DNA from: Myxococcota bacterium
Lineage (GTDB): Bacteria; Myxococcota_A; UBA796; UBA2385
Assembly (NCBI GenBank): GCA_044344255.1
Contig: JBIJDH010000009.1
Coordinates: forward strand, 32,001-96,000
Direction of reading: 5' to 3'
Length of the DNA: 64,000 nt
Shown: positions 9,954 to 18,950 of the stretch, piece by piece
Layout: each line of letters opens with the position of its first letter
How positions within the stretch are numbered: the stretch's first letter is position 1
Program-made: the position numbers and the translations under genes
The notes under the pieces: generated by a model
Databases searched by the model: none
Told to the model about the DNA's origin: nothing
The model's input: only the letters and a program-made list of their open reading frames with translations

Positions 9954-11119
9954 GGCTTCCTCCCGAGGGCGACCACGTCGCCGTTCGCCAGCCCGACGTA
10001 GATGAAGCCGCGAGCGATCGCGGGCGCGCCGGTGATCGGAGAGATGAGGTCGAGCGTCCAGATCTCGCCGCCGTCGTCCTTGTCGAGGCGGTGCAGCCTC
10101 CCGTCGGCGTCGCCAACGTAGACGCCGGTGCGGGAGATCGCAGGGCTGCTGCTCCAGGCGTCCTCGTTGATCGCCGTCCAGGTGAGTGAGCCGCTGCCCA
10201 GGTCAATCGCCAGGAGTTGCCCACCCATGGTCGCCAGGTAGACCGCGTCGGCGAGGGCCGGGGCGGCGGCGGGGGCCGAAGGGGCCTGACGCGACCAGAG
10301 GCGGCTCCCATCCGAGGCGTTGAAGGCGGCGACGCCGCCCGGCCGGCCGTCCTTCTCGGCGTAGGCCGCCACCACCACCTGACCGTCCGTGACGGGGTGC
10401 TCGAAGCCGGGACCGGGGAGGGGCACCCGCCAGATCACCCCCGCGTGGGTGAGGCTCACGAGCTCCCCCCCTTCCGTGCTGACGAAGAGGTGCGTCCCAT
10501 CCGAGCAGCCGCCGTAGCGGGCCCCGGTGGACACGGGCACGGTCCAGCCGGTCTGGCCGTACACCACCCCGTCTTCGCCCACCCAGGCGAGCTCCTCACC
10601 CACCTCGACCGCCGCGCCGCGCGCCGGGGCTGCGGAGAGGAAGCGCTGCGCCGCCGAGCCTCGGCCCTCGTGCAGCAGGGCCGCGCCCCCCGAGATCAGC
10701 CCCACGGCCAGCCCGCGGCCTGTCAGCGCCACCGGCCCGCTCGGGCCGAGCGGGTTGGCCCAGCGCTCCACCCCATCGACGCCGAGCGCGTGGACCGAGG
10801 CGCCGCCGACCACGAACAGCGCGCCGCCCTTGATCGTGATGGGCTGACTCACCGGTCCGCCGGTGCGGAAGCGCCAGAGCGGGCTGGGAGAGTCCGTGGG
10901 GCCATCCTCCCCGAAAGACCGCCGCTGCTCGGACCAGGCGCCGCCTTCGATCTGCGCGGCGGCCACCACGACCGCTCGCCCATCCGTCGGGGCAGCCACG
11001 GCCACGGTCCGGCTCCGCGCCGGGCCGGTGGAGCAGGCGGCCAGGGACGCCAAAGAAGCCCAGGCAGCCAGGGCGGCGAAGGTCAGCAGGGACGAACAAG
11101 GTGCGGCAGGGGTGGACAA
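9950..11119 (-). CDS. PQQ-like (BamB-type) beta-propeller lipoprotein
   Basis: Probable TTG start at 11119, lipobox SLAAC, repeats LWRFRTGG / AAFNASDGSRLWS / LDKDDGGEIWT. Confidence 0.8.
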   Translation of the reverse strand: MSTPAAPCSSLLTFAALAAWASLASLAACSTGPARSRTVAVAAPTDGRAVVVAAAQIEGGAWSEQRRSFGEDGPTDSPSPLWRFRTGGPVSQPITIKGGALFVVGGASVHALGVDGVERWANPLGPSGPVALTGRGLAVGLISGGAALLHEGRGSAAQRFLSAAPARGAAVEVGEELAWVGEDGVVYGQTGWTVPVSTGARYGGCSDGTHLFVSTEGGELVSLTHAGVIWRVPLPGPGFEHPVTDGQVVVAAYAEKDGRPGGVAAFNASDGSRLWSRQAPSAPAAAPALADAVYLATMGGQLLAIDLGSGSLTWTAINEDAWSSSPAISRTGVYVGDADGRLHRLDKDDGGEIWTLDLISPITGAPAIARGFIYVGLANGDVVALGRKP

Positions 11120-11190
11120 GGGCGGAGCTCCGTCAAGGGCGCCGCCTAACCCCGGTGCCCGCCTGCCGCCGGACCGCTGACGTAGACCGC

Positions 11191-11220
11191 TTGACGCGGC
11201 ACCGGGCGGCGCGGTACCAA
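11191..11220 (+). promoter_or_regulatory. Candidate sigma70-type promoter for the BMC operon
   Basis: TTGACG-N18-TACCAA about 90 bp upstream of the first shell gene. Confidence 0.35.
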
Positions 11221-11306
11221 AGGCCACCCGACCGATGAGCCGGGCGGCGACCCCATGGTCGATGGACCCGTGGGACCGATGGATCTCTGGTTGAATGAGG
11301 TGCGGT

Positions 11307-11921
11307 TTGTCAGTCACGCTGCGTGGGTATGCCTTCCTCGACAGCCTCCAGCCGCAGCTCGCGGCCTTCACGGGCACCACGTGTCGCGGCTTCCTCCCCT
11401 TGGCGGGCCAGGCCTCGCTGTGGATCGAGACGGCCCCCGGCATGATCATCAACCGCGTCACCGACGTGGCCCTCAAGGCCACTCGCGCGGTGCCTGCGGT
11501 CCAAGTGGTGGAGCGGGCCTTCGGCCTCCTCGAGATCCACCACGACGACAAGGGAGAGGTGGTCTCGGCCGGGGAGGCGGTGCTCGCGTACCTCAACGTG
11601 AAGGAAGAGGATCGGGTCCGCCCCAAGGTGGTCTCCAATCAGATCATCCGCGCGGTCGAGCCCTACCAGGCCCAACTCATCAACCGCAACCGCAACGGCA
11701 TGATGCTCATCCCCGGGCAGAGCCTCTTCATCCTCGAGGTCGAGCCCGCCGCCTGGATCGTGGTCGCGGCGAACGAGGCGGAGAAGGCCGCGAACATCAA
11801 CCTGATCAACGTGCAGCCCTTCGGCGCCTTCGGGCGCCTCTGGATGGGCGGCTCCGAGTCCGAGATCGACAGCGCCCGCGACGCCGCGATCGCCGCGATC
11901 GAGGCCCTCTCGGCCCGCTGA
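11307..11921 (+). CDS. BMC-T double-stacking, circularly permuted shell trimer (CcmP/CsoS1D-like)
   Basis: TTG start after [16 protein letters not shown]...[13 protein letters not shown]...ANEAEKAA...GAFGRL; recognisably similar to H. ochraceum BMC-T2. Confidence 0.92.
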   Translation: MSVTLRGYAFLDSLQPQLAAFTGTTCRGFLPLAGQASLWIETAPGMIINRVTDVALKATRAVPAVQVVERAFGLLEIHHDDKGEVVSAGEAVLAYLNVKEEDRVRPKVVSNQIIRAVEPYQAQLINRNRNGMMLIPGQSLFILEVEPAAWIVVAANEAEKAANINLINVQPFGAFGRLWMGGSESEIDSARDAAIAAIEALSAR

Positions 11922-12033
11922 GCCCTGTCCTCGCGGGCGATTTCCCTCTGAATGATCTCCTGATTTCTGGTCTCCCGCTTTCACTCCGACCCCACAAGTT
12001 CCGATCCCACGAAGGATCAGATGGAGAGTTCAA

Positions 12034-12324
12034 ATGGCTGATGCACTCGGCATGATCGAGACGAAGGGCTTCGTCGCCATGGTCGAGGCCGCCGACGCGA
12101 TGGTCAAGGCGGCCCGTGTGGAGCTCGTCGGCTTCGAGAAGATCGGCGGTGGCTACGTCACCGCGATCGTCCGCGGCGACGTCGCCGCGGTCAAGGCCGC
12201 CACTGAGGCCGGCGCCCGCCAGGCCCAGCGGGTCGGTGAGCTCGTGAGCGTGCACGTCATCCCGCGCCCCCACGAGAACATCGACGAGGTCCTCCCGCTC
12301 GGCCGCACGCCCAAGAAGGCCTGA
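12034..12324 (+). CDS. BMC-H hexamer shell protein (PduA/EutM/CcmK family)
   Basis: ALGMIETKG...[10 protein letters not shown]...[11 protein letters not shown]...HVIPRPH. Confidence 0.97.
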   Translation: MADALGMIETKGFVAMVEAADAMVKAARVELVGFEKIGGGYVTAIVRGDVAAVKAATEAGARQAQRVGELVSVHVIPRPHENIDEVLPLGRTPKKA

Positions 12325-12327
12325 CCG

Positions 12328-12699
12328 ATGAAGCTCGGGCGGATCGTCGGCACGGTCGTCGCGTCCCGCAAGGACGAGAAGATCGAGAGCCTCCGGCTGT
12401 ACGTGGTGCGCGACGTCTCCGTGGCGCTCGCCAACAAGGACAGCTTCGTGGTCGCGGTGGACGCGGTCGGGGCGGGGGTGGGCGAGCTCGTGCTCTACGC
12501 CAGCGGCTCGTCGGCCCGCCAGACGCGGGCCACCGAGGGCCGCCCGGTAGACGCGACCATCATGGCTATCGTGGACCAGGTTGACCTCGAGGGGCAGCTC
12601 GTCTACGACAAGCACACCGAGGCGAAGGCGGAGATCGCGCGCCGTAACGCCGCCTTCGAGGCGACCGCGGGGCAGACCGCCGGAGAGGGTGAGGGCTGA
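12328..12699 (+). CDS. BMC-P pentamer/vertex protein (EutN/CcmL family) with C-terminal extension
   Basis: [15 protein letters not shown]...[12 protein letters not shown]...GSSAR...[11 protein letters not shown]. Confidence 0.95.
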   Translation: MKLGRIVGTVVASRKDEKIESLRLYVVRDVSVALANKDSFVVAVDAVGAGVGELVLYASGSSARQTRATEGRPVDATIMAIVDQVDLEGQLVYDKHTEAKAEIARRNAAFEATAGQTAGEGEG

Positions 12700-14111
12700 T
12701 GTCCACCGCCAACGTCGATATCACCGATGTCGTGGAGAAGGTCCTCGCCCGAATGAAGGGTGGAGACCTCGGCGCCCCGCGCACCGAGCTCCCCTCCCGC
12801 CCCCTCGGCGTGATGAAGTCGGTCGACGACGCCGTCGCCGCCGCGGGCATCGCCCAGCTCCAGCTCGTGGCGCTGCCGCTCGAGAAGCGGCGGGAGATCA
12901 TCGCCAACATCCGCAAGCGGGCCGCCGAGAACGTCCACACCATGGCCAAGATGGCGCATGAGGAGACGGGGCTCGGCCGGGTCGAAGACAAGATCAAGAA
13001 GAACCTCCTCGTCATCCACCGCACGCCTGGCCCCGAGATCCTCGAGCCCATCGCGATCACCGGCGATGACGGCCTCACGCTCATCGAGCGAGCCCCCTAT
13101 GGGGTCATCGGCTCGATCACGCCGAGCACGAACCCCACAGAGACCATCCTGAACAATGGGATCGGGATGGTCGCCGGTGGCAACGCGGTCGCCTTCAACG
13201 TCCACCCGGGCGCCAAGAAGACGAGCGCCTGGTGCATCGATCTCATCAACCGGGCCACCATCGAGGTGGGAGGGCCCGAGAACATCATGACCTGCGTGGG
13301 CGACCCCTCCATCGAGTCGGCCGGCCTGCTCATGAAGCACAAGTCCCTCCGCATGCTCGTGGTGACGGGCGGCGGGGCGGTGGTGCAAGCGGCCATGCGG
13401 AGCGGCAAGCGCGTCGTCGCAGGCGGCCCGGGCAACCCCCCAGTGGTGGTCGATGAGACGGCCGATCTCGATCGGGCGGCGCGGGAGATCCTGACCGGCG
13501 CCAGCATGGACAACAACATCATCTGCGTCGATGAGAAGGAGGTCTTCGCCGTCGAGAAGATCTTCGACTCGCTGATGGACAAGATGGAGGCGCTCGGCTG
13601 CGTGCGGGTGCGAAACCACCAGATCACCCGCCTCGAGAAGGTGGCGCTCACCCCCGACAAGGAGCACACCAATCGCGACATGGTGGGCAAGTCGGCACGA
13701 GAATTCCTGAAGCAGGCCGACATCCCCTTCAAGGGTGACCCGCGGCTCATCATCTGCGAGGTGCCCTTCGAGCACCCCTTCGTGCAGCACGAGCTGCTGA
13801 TGCCGATCCTGCCCTTCACCCGGGTCAAGGACGTGCATGAGGGCATCGACTTCGCCGTGAAGGCCGAGCATGGCTACGGCCACACGGCCAGCATGTACTC
13901 GCGCAACCTCGACAACCTGCACCGGATGGCCAAGGTCATCAACTGCTCGATATTCGTGAAGAACGCGAACCACTGCGCGGGCCTCGGCTACGGCGGAGAG
14001 GGCTACACGAGCTTCACCATCGCCTCACCGACGGGGGACGGGCTCACGACGGCCCGCACCTTCACGCGGGAGCGCCGCTGCACCCTGGCCGGCTACTTCC
14101 GGATCGTATGA
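12699..14111 (+). CDS. CoA-acylating aldehyde dehydrogenase (EutE/PduP family) with N-terminal encapsulation peptide
   Basis: [31 protein letters not shown] catalytic Cys, [16 protein letters not shown]-terminal amphipathic [13 protein letters not shown]. Confidence 0.95.
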   Translation: MSTANVDITDVVEKVLARMKGGDLGAPRTELPSRPLGVMKSVDDAVAAAGIAQLQLVALPLEKRREIIANIRKRAAENVHTMAKMAHEETGLGRVEDKIKKNLLVIHRTPGPEILEPIAITGDDGLTLIERAPYGVIGSITPSTNPTETILNNGIGMVAGGNAVAFNVHPGAKKTSAWCIDLINRATIEVGGPENIMTCVGDPSIESAGLLMKHKSLRMLVVTGGGAVVQAAMRSGKRVVAGGPGNPPVVVDETADLDRAAREILTGASMDNNIICVDEKEVFAVEKIFDSLMDKMEALGCVRVRNHQITRLEKVALTPDKEHTNRDMVGKSAREFLKQADIPFKGDPRLIICEVPFEHPFVQHELLMPILPFTRVKDVHEGIDFAVKAEHGYGHTASMYSRNLDNLHRMAKVINCSIFVKNANHCAGLGYGGEGYTSFTIASPTGDGLTTARTFTRERRCTLAGYFRIV

Positions 14112-14713
14112 GGCCCATGACCGAGTCCCCCGCGCTCGCGATGGTGGAGGTGGACTCGGTCGCCCGTGGGCTGCGCACCTTGGACGCCCTCGTCAAGAAG
14201 GCGCCGGTGCGGATCCTGGAGGCGAACCTCATCGAGCCGGGGCGCTTCCTGATCCTCTTCGCCGGCGGTGTCGGTGAGGTGGACGAGAGCTTCATCGAGG
14301 CCGTCGCCGTGGCGGCGGAGGAGCTCAGCGATCGACTCTTCCTGGCCGACGCGCACCCCGCGATCCTCCGCGGGCTTCGCGGATACCTCGATCTCCGGGG
14401 CGCAGACGACATGGACTGCCTCGCCGTGATCGAGGGGAGCCGAGTCGCCTCGACGCTTCGGGCGGTCGAGCGCTCGCTGAAGGAGGCCGATGTCAGCCTC
14501 GCCGGCCTCCGGGTGAGCGGAGGCCTCGGCGGGCGTGCCTACTACGTGGTCTTCGGGGCCCAGCATGACGTCGAGGCGGCGATCGAAGCCGGCAAGGCGA
14601 TCCTCGAAGAGGCGAGACAGCTGAAGAAGGTCGAGATCATCCCCCGCCCGCACCCCGAGATGGTGACGTGGCTGCTGCGTCCGCCGCCCTTCGCGGTGGC
14701 TCGGGAGGGCTGA
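14108..14713 (+). CDS. BMC-T single-layer shell trimer (PduT-like)
   Basis: ALAMVEVDSVARG...DALVKKAPV...PGRFLI...GLGGRAY...IIPRPH tandem BMC domains; start may be ATG 14117. Confidence 0.9.
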   Translation: MRPMTESPALAMVEVDSVARGLRTLDALVKKAPVRILEANLIEPGRFLILFAGGVGEVDESFIEAVAVAAEELSDRLFLADAHPAILRGLRGYLDLRGADDMDCLAVIEGSRVASTLRAVERSLKEADVSLAGLRVSGGLGGRAYYVVFGAQHDVEAAIEAGKAILEEARQLKKVEIIPRPHPEMVTWLLRPPPFAVAREG

Positions 14714-14991
14714 TGGAGCTGGCGAGAGTGCTGGGCCGCGTGGTCTGCACGGTGAAGTACGAGACGCTCACGGGCGTGCGCATGCTGGTCATCCAGCCCG
14801 TGGACGCCGCGGGGGCCGCTCAGGGCGAGCCGATCGTGGCGACCGATCCCCTCCAGGCGGGGCCGGGTGACCTCGTCTCCTGGGTGGGCGGCCGCGAGGC
14901 GGCGCTGACCCTGCCCAACACCTACGCTCCGGTGGACGCCTCGATCGTCGAGATCGTCGATCATGCGTGGTCGGACCGGAAGTACCTGTGA
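14713..14991 (+). CDS. BMC-P pentamer protein (second)
   Basis: MELARVLGRVVCTVK...DPLQAGPGDLV...PVDASIVEIVD; ATG overlaps upstream TGA. Confidence 0.92.
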   Translation: MELARVLGRVVCTVKYETLTGVRMLVIQPVDAAGAAQGEPIVATDPLQAGPGDLVSWVGGREAALTLPNTYAPVDASIVEIVDHAWSDRKYL

Positions 14992-15007
14992 ACCCCGGGA
15001 GGTCCCC

Positions 15008-15319
15008 GTGATCCTCTGTCGAGTCGTCGGCAACAGCGTCGCGACGGTGCGGCACCCCTGCTACGTCGGGCGGAGCGTGATGGTCGTCCGGCCCGTCCAG
15101 CCTGACGGCCACACGATCGCAGGCGACGAGTTCCTCGCCGTCGACGCCGTGCAGGCCGGCCCCGGAGACCTCATCCTCGCCTCGCGGGAGGGCAACACCG
15201 CCCGGCAGCTGCTCGGCACCGACAACGACCCCTTCCACGCCGTCATCCTCGGCGTGGTGGACGAGGTGAGCGACGAGACCCGCGGGATGCGGGGCACCCT
15301 CGGCGGGGGCGCGCCTTGA
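15008..15319 (+). CDS. BMC-P pentamer protein (third)
   Basis: GTG after GGAGG; ILCRVVGNSVAT...DAVQAGPGDLIL...EGNTAR...ILGVVD. Confidence 0.92.
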   Translation: MILCRVVGNSVATVRHPCYVGRSVMVVRPVQPDGHTIAGDEFLAVDAVQAGPGDLILASREGNTARQLLGTDNDPFHAVILGVVDEVSDETRGMRGTLGGGAP

Positions 15320-16098
15320 GCCTGCCCATCGACGAAGAGCAGCTTCGGACCGAGATCGTCGCCCGCTCCCACCAGCTCTCTGCCCGCGGCTGGGTGGCGA
15401 ACCACGACGGCAACCTCACCGCCCGGCTCGGCGGCGGGCGCACCCTGGCAACCCCCACCGCCGTGAACAAGGGCGACGTGCGGCCGGAGTGGCTGATCGT
15501 GCTCGACGAGTCGGGCAAGGTGATCTCCGGCACCCGCAAGCCCTTCGGCGAGCTGGTGCTGCACCGCGCGGCCTACGCGGCGCGGCCTGACATCGGCGTC
15601 GTCTTGCACGCGCACCCGCCGCACGCGACGGCCTTCGCCCTCGCCGGGCAGCCGATCGGCCACCCCTTCCTCGCCGAGGCGGTGGTGAGCCTCGGCCCTG
15701 AGCTGCCGCAGATCCCCTACCGGCGCCCCGGCAGCGAAGAGACCAGCCGCGAGCTGGCGGCCGCCCTCCAGCGCGCCGACGTCGTGATCCTCGAGGGGCA
15801 CGGGCTGCTCAGCGTCGGCGGCAGCTTCGAGCAGGCCTTCCTCCGGATGGAGCTGGTGGAGCACCTCGCCCGCTTGAGCTGGCTCGCCCGCCCCCTCGGC
15901 GGCGCCCGCCCCCTGCCCGAGGCCGACGTCCGCGCGCTCGCCGAGAAGGGCCGCCCCGCCTCCGCTCCCGACTGGAGCGGCGGCGCCCACGGCCCGGCCA
16001 GCAGCCCCTCGCTCGCTGCGGGCGCGCCGCCGCCCAGCCCGGCTCACCGGCCCGACGTGCGCTCCCTGGTCGAAGAGGCGATGCGCCGGGCGCGCTGA
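15316..16098 (+). CDS. Class II aldolase/adducin family protein (FucA-like) with C-terminal encapsulation peptide
   Basis: DGNLTAR, TPT, GELVLH, HAHPPHATAFA, LEGHG metal ligands; Pro/Ser linker then PDVRSLVEEAMRR. Confidence 0.92.
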   Translation: MSLPIDEEQLRTEIVARSHQLSARGWVANHDGNLTARLGGGRTLATPTAVNKGDVRPEWLIVLDESGKVISGTRKPFGELVLHRAAYAARPDIGVVLHAHPPHATAFALAGQPIGHPFLAEAVVSLGPELPQIPYRRPGSEETSRELAAALQRADVVILEGHGLLSVGGSFEQAFLRMELVEHLARLSWLARPLGGARPLPEADVRALAEKGRPASAPDWSGGAHGPASSPSLAAGAPPPSPAHRPDVRSLVEEAMRRAR

Positions 16099-16112
16099 GG
16101 TTGAGGCTACCC

Positions 16113-16844
16113 TCACTGCAGGGCGGCGAGGTTCGTGTACGGGCGGGGCGCGCGCCAGTGGATCGCGGCCGCGACGCCGTAGAGGGTGGTGGTGGCCGGC
16201 GAGACGCCGTAGTCGGTGACCCAGTCGGAGGTGGTGGAGAAGCTGTAGACCGTGCCGCCGTTACCGCCCGTGGAGCCCGTCGGGGTCGAAGCGGAGAAGC
16301 TGGTCTCGGTGGGCCCCATCACGGCGCCGGCGAAGAGGTCGCTGTACAGCCAGCGTTGGGCCTGAACGGCGCCACCGGCCAGGTTGCCCATGTAGCTCAC
16401 CACGACGTCGGCCTCGCCGTCGAGGTCGAGGTCGCCGAGGGACACCGCGAGGGCGGGGACGCCGTGGTTCGCCGCGTCGGTGGCCGAGAAGAAGGCGGTG
16501 GGGAGGCTCACCCCATCGATGACGAGCAGGCCAGGCTGGGGCGTGACGGCGGCCAGATCGGCCTCGACCATCCACGCGGCGAGGGCGCTGGCCACGAGCG
16601 CGTCATCGGAGGTGTCCCCCCAGAGGCCGTCGAGCGAGCCCTCGGCGAGGCGCGCGACACAGAGGCTCTTGGAGCCTCGCTCGTTCAAGGTGCTCAAACC
16701 GTCCGCGTCCGCACAAGCCACGCGTGTCGATGCGACACCCGAGGTGGAGCCGGTGAGGGGGCTCGGAGAGGCCTGGGCCACTGCCCCAACAGACACTGCG
16801 ACAAAAGCAACACAAGAAGCAGCACAAATTGTGAAGAGTCGCAT
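16113..16844 (-). CDS. Secreted hypothetical protein with one FG-GAP-like DxDxDG motif
   Basis: ATG at 16844 after GAGG; signal peptide ending AQA; LGDLDLDGEADVVVS. Confidence 0.65.
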   Translation of the reverse strand: MRLFTICAASCVAFVAVSVGAVAQASPSPLTGSTSGVASTRVACADADGLSTLNERGSKSLCVARLAEGSLDGLWGDTSDDALVASALAAWMVEADLAAVTPQPGLLVIDGVSLPTAFFSATDAANHGVPALAVSLGDLDLDGEADVVVSYMGNLAGGAVQAQRWLYSDLFAGAVMGPTETSFSASTPTGSTGGNGGTVYSFSTTSDWVTDYGVSPATTTLYGVAAAIHWRAPRPYTNLAALQ

Positions 16845-16879
16845 GGTGTCCTCGGTTTGTTTCGGGTACACCACACTAA

Positions 16880-16895
16880 TGCACGAGTCGTGCCA
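16880..16895 (-). promoter_or_regulatory. sigma54 (-24/-12) promoter
   Basis: Minus strand TGGCACGACTCGTGCA (TGGCAC-N5-GTGCA), about 35 bp upstream of ATG 16844. Confidence 0.7.
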
Positions 16896-16981
16896 GCCTT
16901 CCAGGTCCGGCGGCGGCCTGAGGACCGCCAAACACCTGCACAGCGCGCCTCTCTACGGCTGCTGTGCAGAACTGTTCCGAC

Positions 16982-17010
16982 CCGCGGCTCCGCGGCTCCG
17001 CGGCTCCGCG
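16982..17010. repeat. Short intergenic tandem repeat (CCGCGGCT, about 3.5 copies)
   Basis: ccgcggct ccgcggct ccgcggct ccgcg directly after the glpD stop. Confidence 0.75.
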
Positions 17011-17012
17011 AC

Positions 17013-18875
17013 TCAGCCTTCGACGGCTGGGGCCAACGGGCTCGCGGCGGCCCCCGCGGAGGGCTCCGCGGCGACCGGCGCGGCCTCCTCCTTCCAGCGG
17101 CGGCTCTTCGCGACCTCCGCCCGATAGGCGTCGGCGGAGCGTCGCCGCTCTTCGGGGCTCCAGCCGAGCAGGGCGGCCATCCGGTCGGCCACGAGGTCGA
17201 TCACGCCGAGGCCCTGGTCCGCTGCGCGGAAGAATATCTGGACGCGCCGCTCCATGAAGTCGGTCACGGTCTCCGCCATCTCTCGCTTCACAGCCCAGTC
17301 CACCTGGGCCATGATCTCCGGCCGCCCCGGCGCCAAGGGTTGGGTCAGCAGCTGCTCGGTGCGGGCGTAGGTGACGAGGTCGATGGCCAGCGTGCCGTAG
17401 CGGTCGGTGAGGTACTGGCAGGTGGCCTCGGGCAACAGCCCGCCGGCGGCCGCGACGACCTCCTTCACGATCACGCTGCCGTCGTCATTCTCCGGCCAGC
17501 CGATCGCACCGGGGAGGGGGAGCTGCTCGGTGTGGACCACGCGCAAGGGGGGCAGCGGGTGCCCAACGAGCTGGAGCCACTGCAGGGCCGCGCCGACCAC
17601 CTCGGCCCCCATCCGGCGGTGGGTGGTGAGCTTGCCGCCAGCGATGCTGATGAGCCCGTCGGCGTCGACGGCGATGACATGCTCTCGAGACACCTGAGAG
17701 GGTGAGACCCCCTCGGCGCGGATCAACGGCCGGAGGCCGGCCCAGGTCGAGGTGATGTGCTCGGGGCGGACGTCAGAGTCGGGGAAATAGGCGCGCACCG
17801 CCTCGAGCAGGTAGTCGATGTCGGAGCGAACGGCGCAGACGTCGCGGGGATCGCCCTCATAGTCTGTGTCGGTGGTGCCGATGTAGAGCTGGTCGCCCCA
17901 AGGGATGATGAACAGGACTCGGGCGTCGCGTGGATGGGTACAGACGACCACGTGCTCCAGTTGGATGCACGTCGCCGGGATGACGATGTGCACCCCCTTG
18001 GTCGTGCGGAGCTGGTGGCTCGGCGTTGGACCCATCGAGCGGATGAGGTCGGACCAGGGGCCAGTGGCGTTGACGACGGCGGCGGCGTGGATGTCGATGG
18101 TCCGCGGTTCGACCGAGGCGTCGAGCGTGTCTCGGGCCCGCACCCCACAGATGCGCCCGCCCTCATTTCGGAGCAGCCCCACCACCTTGCCGTAGGTCAG
18201 CAAGGCCGCGCCGTGCTTGGTGGCGTCCAACATGGTCTCGAGGGTGAGCCGCGCGTCGTCGGTCATGCAGTCCCAGTACAAGGGGGCGCCGTGGAGGCCT
18301 CGCTTCTGGATGGCGGGTGTGCAGGCGATGACCTTCTTCTTCGACAGGGTCCGGTGCCACTTGGGGGACCGGAAGAGCGCGAGGCCCTCGTAGACCATCA
18401 GCCCCACTCGGAGCTTGTTGATGCCTACCGGACTGTGATCGTAGATCGGGAACAAAAAGCCGAGCGGGCGCACGAGGTGGGGGGCGAGGTTCTGCATCAC
18501 CCGCCGCTCGCTCACGGACTCAAAGACGAGGGAGAAGTCTCCCTGCTCGAGGTACCGGAGGCCGCCGTGGATGAGCTTGGAGGAGCGGGAGGACGTGCCC
18601 GCGGCGACATCTTCGGCCTCGATCACCGCCACGCGGAGGCCCCGCAGGGCCGCGTCTCGGGCGGTGGCGGCGCCGATCACGCCGCCGCCGATGATCAGGA
18701 GGTCAAAGGTCTCCCGGCCGAGGCGCTCCCAGGTCCGCTCCCGGGGGGAGGGAGCGAAGGGGGCAACGGAGGCCGGAGACGTCGACCCGGCACGGGCAGA
18801 GACCGCTTGGGCAGCAGCTGCAGGAGAGGACACAGCATGGGCGGACACTGTGGCTCCAGGGGCACGAGGGATCAC
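17013..18875 (-). CDS. glpD: FAD-dependent glycerol-3-phosphate dehydrogenase
   Basis: DLLIIGGGVIG, GTSSRSSKLIHGGLRYLE, TDDARL, VNATGPWSD, GTTDT, WAGLRPL, GGKLTTHR; exact start uncertain. Confidence 0.92.
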   Translation of the reverse strand: MIPRAPGATVSAHAVSSPAAAAQAVSARAGSTSPASVAPFAPSPRERTWERLGRETFDLLIIGGGVIGAATARDAALRGLRVAVIEAEDVAAGTSSRSSKLIHGGLRYLEQGDFSLVFESVSERRVMQNLAPHLVRPLGFLFPIYDHSPVGINKLRVGLMVYEGLALFRSPKWHRTLSKKKVIACTPAIQKRGLHGAPLYWDCMTDDARLTLETMLDATKHGAALLTYGKVVGLLRNEGGRICGVRARDTLDASVEPRTIDIHAAAVVNATGPWSDLIRSMGPTPSHQLRTTKGVHIVIPATCIQLEHVVVCTHPRDARVLFIIPWGDQLYIGTTDTDYEGDPRDVCAVRSDIDYLLEAVRAYFPDSDVRPEHITSTWAGLRPLIRAEGVSPSQVSREHVIAVDADGLISIAGGKLTTHRRMGAEVVGAALQWLQLVGHPLPPLRVVHTEQLPLPGAIGWPENDDGSVIVKEVVAAAGGLLPEATCQYLTDRYGTLAIDLVTYARTEQLLTQPLAPGRPEIMAQVDWAVKREMAETVTDFMERRVQIFFRAADQGLGVIDLVADRMAALLGWSPEERRRSADAYRAEVAKSRRWKEEAAPVAAEPSAGAAASPLAPAVEG

Positions 18876-18950
18876 GGGAGGCGGTCGGCGGGCTGCGGTC
18901 GGATATCCCGGAATGTCGGCCCCGTCTCAAGGTCGGCGACGGTCCGGCGC

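Noticed and set aside
11307..16098. Carboxysome, or canonical Eut/Pdu/GRM microcompartment
   Set aside because: No RuBisCO, carbonic anhydrase, ethanolamine ammonia-lyase, diol dehydratase or glycyl-radical enzyme present.
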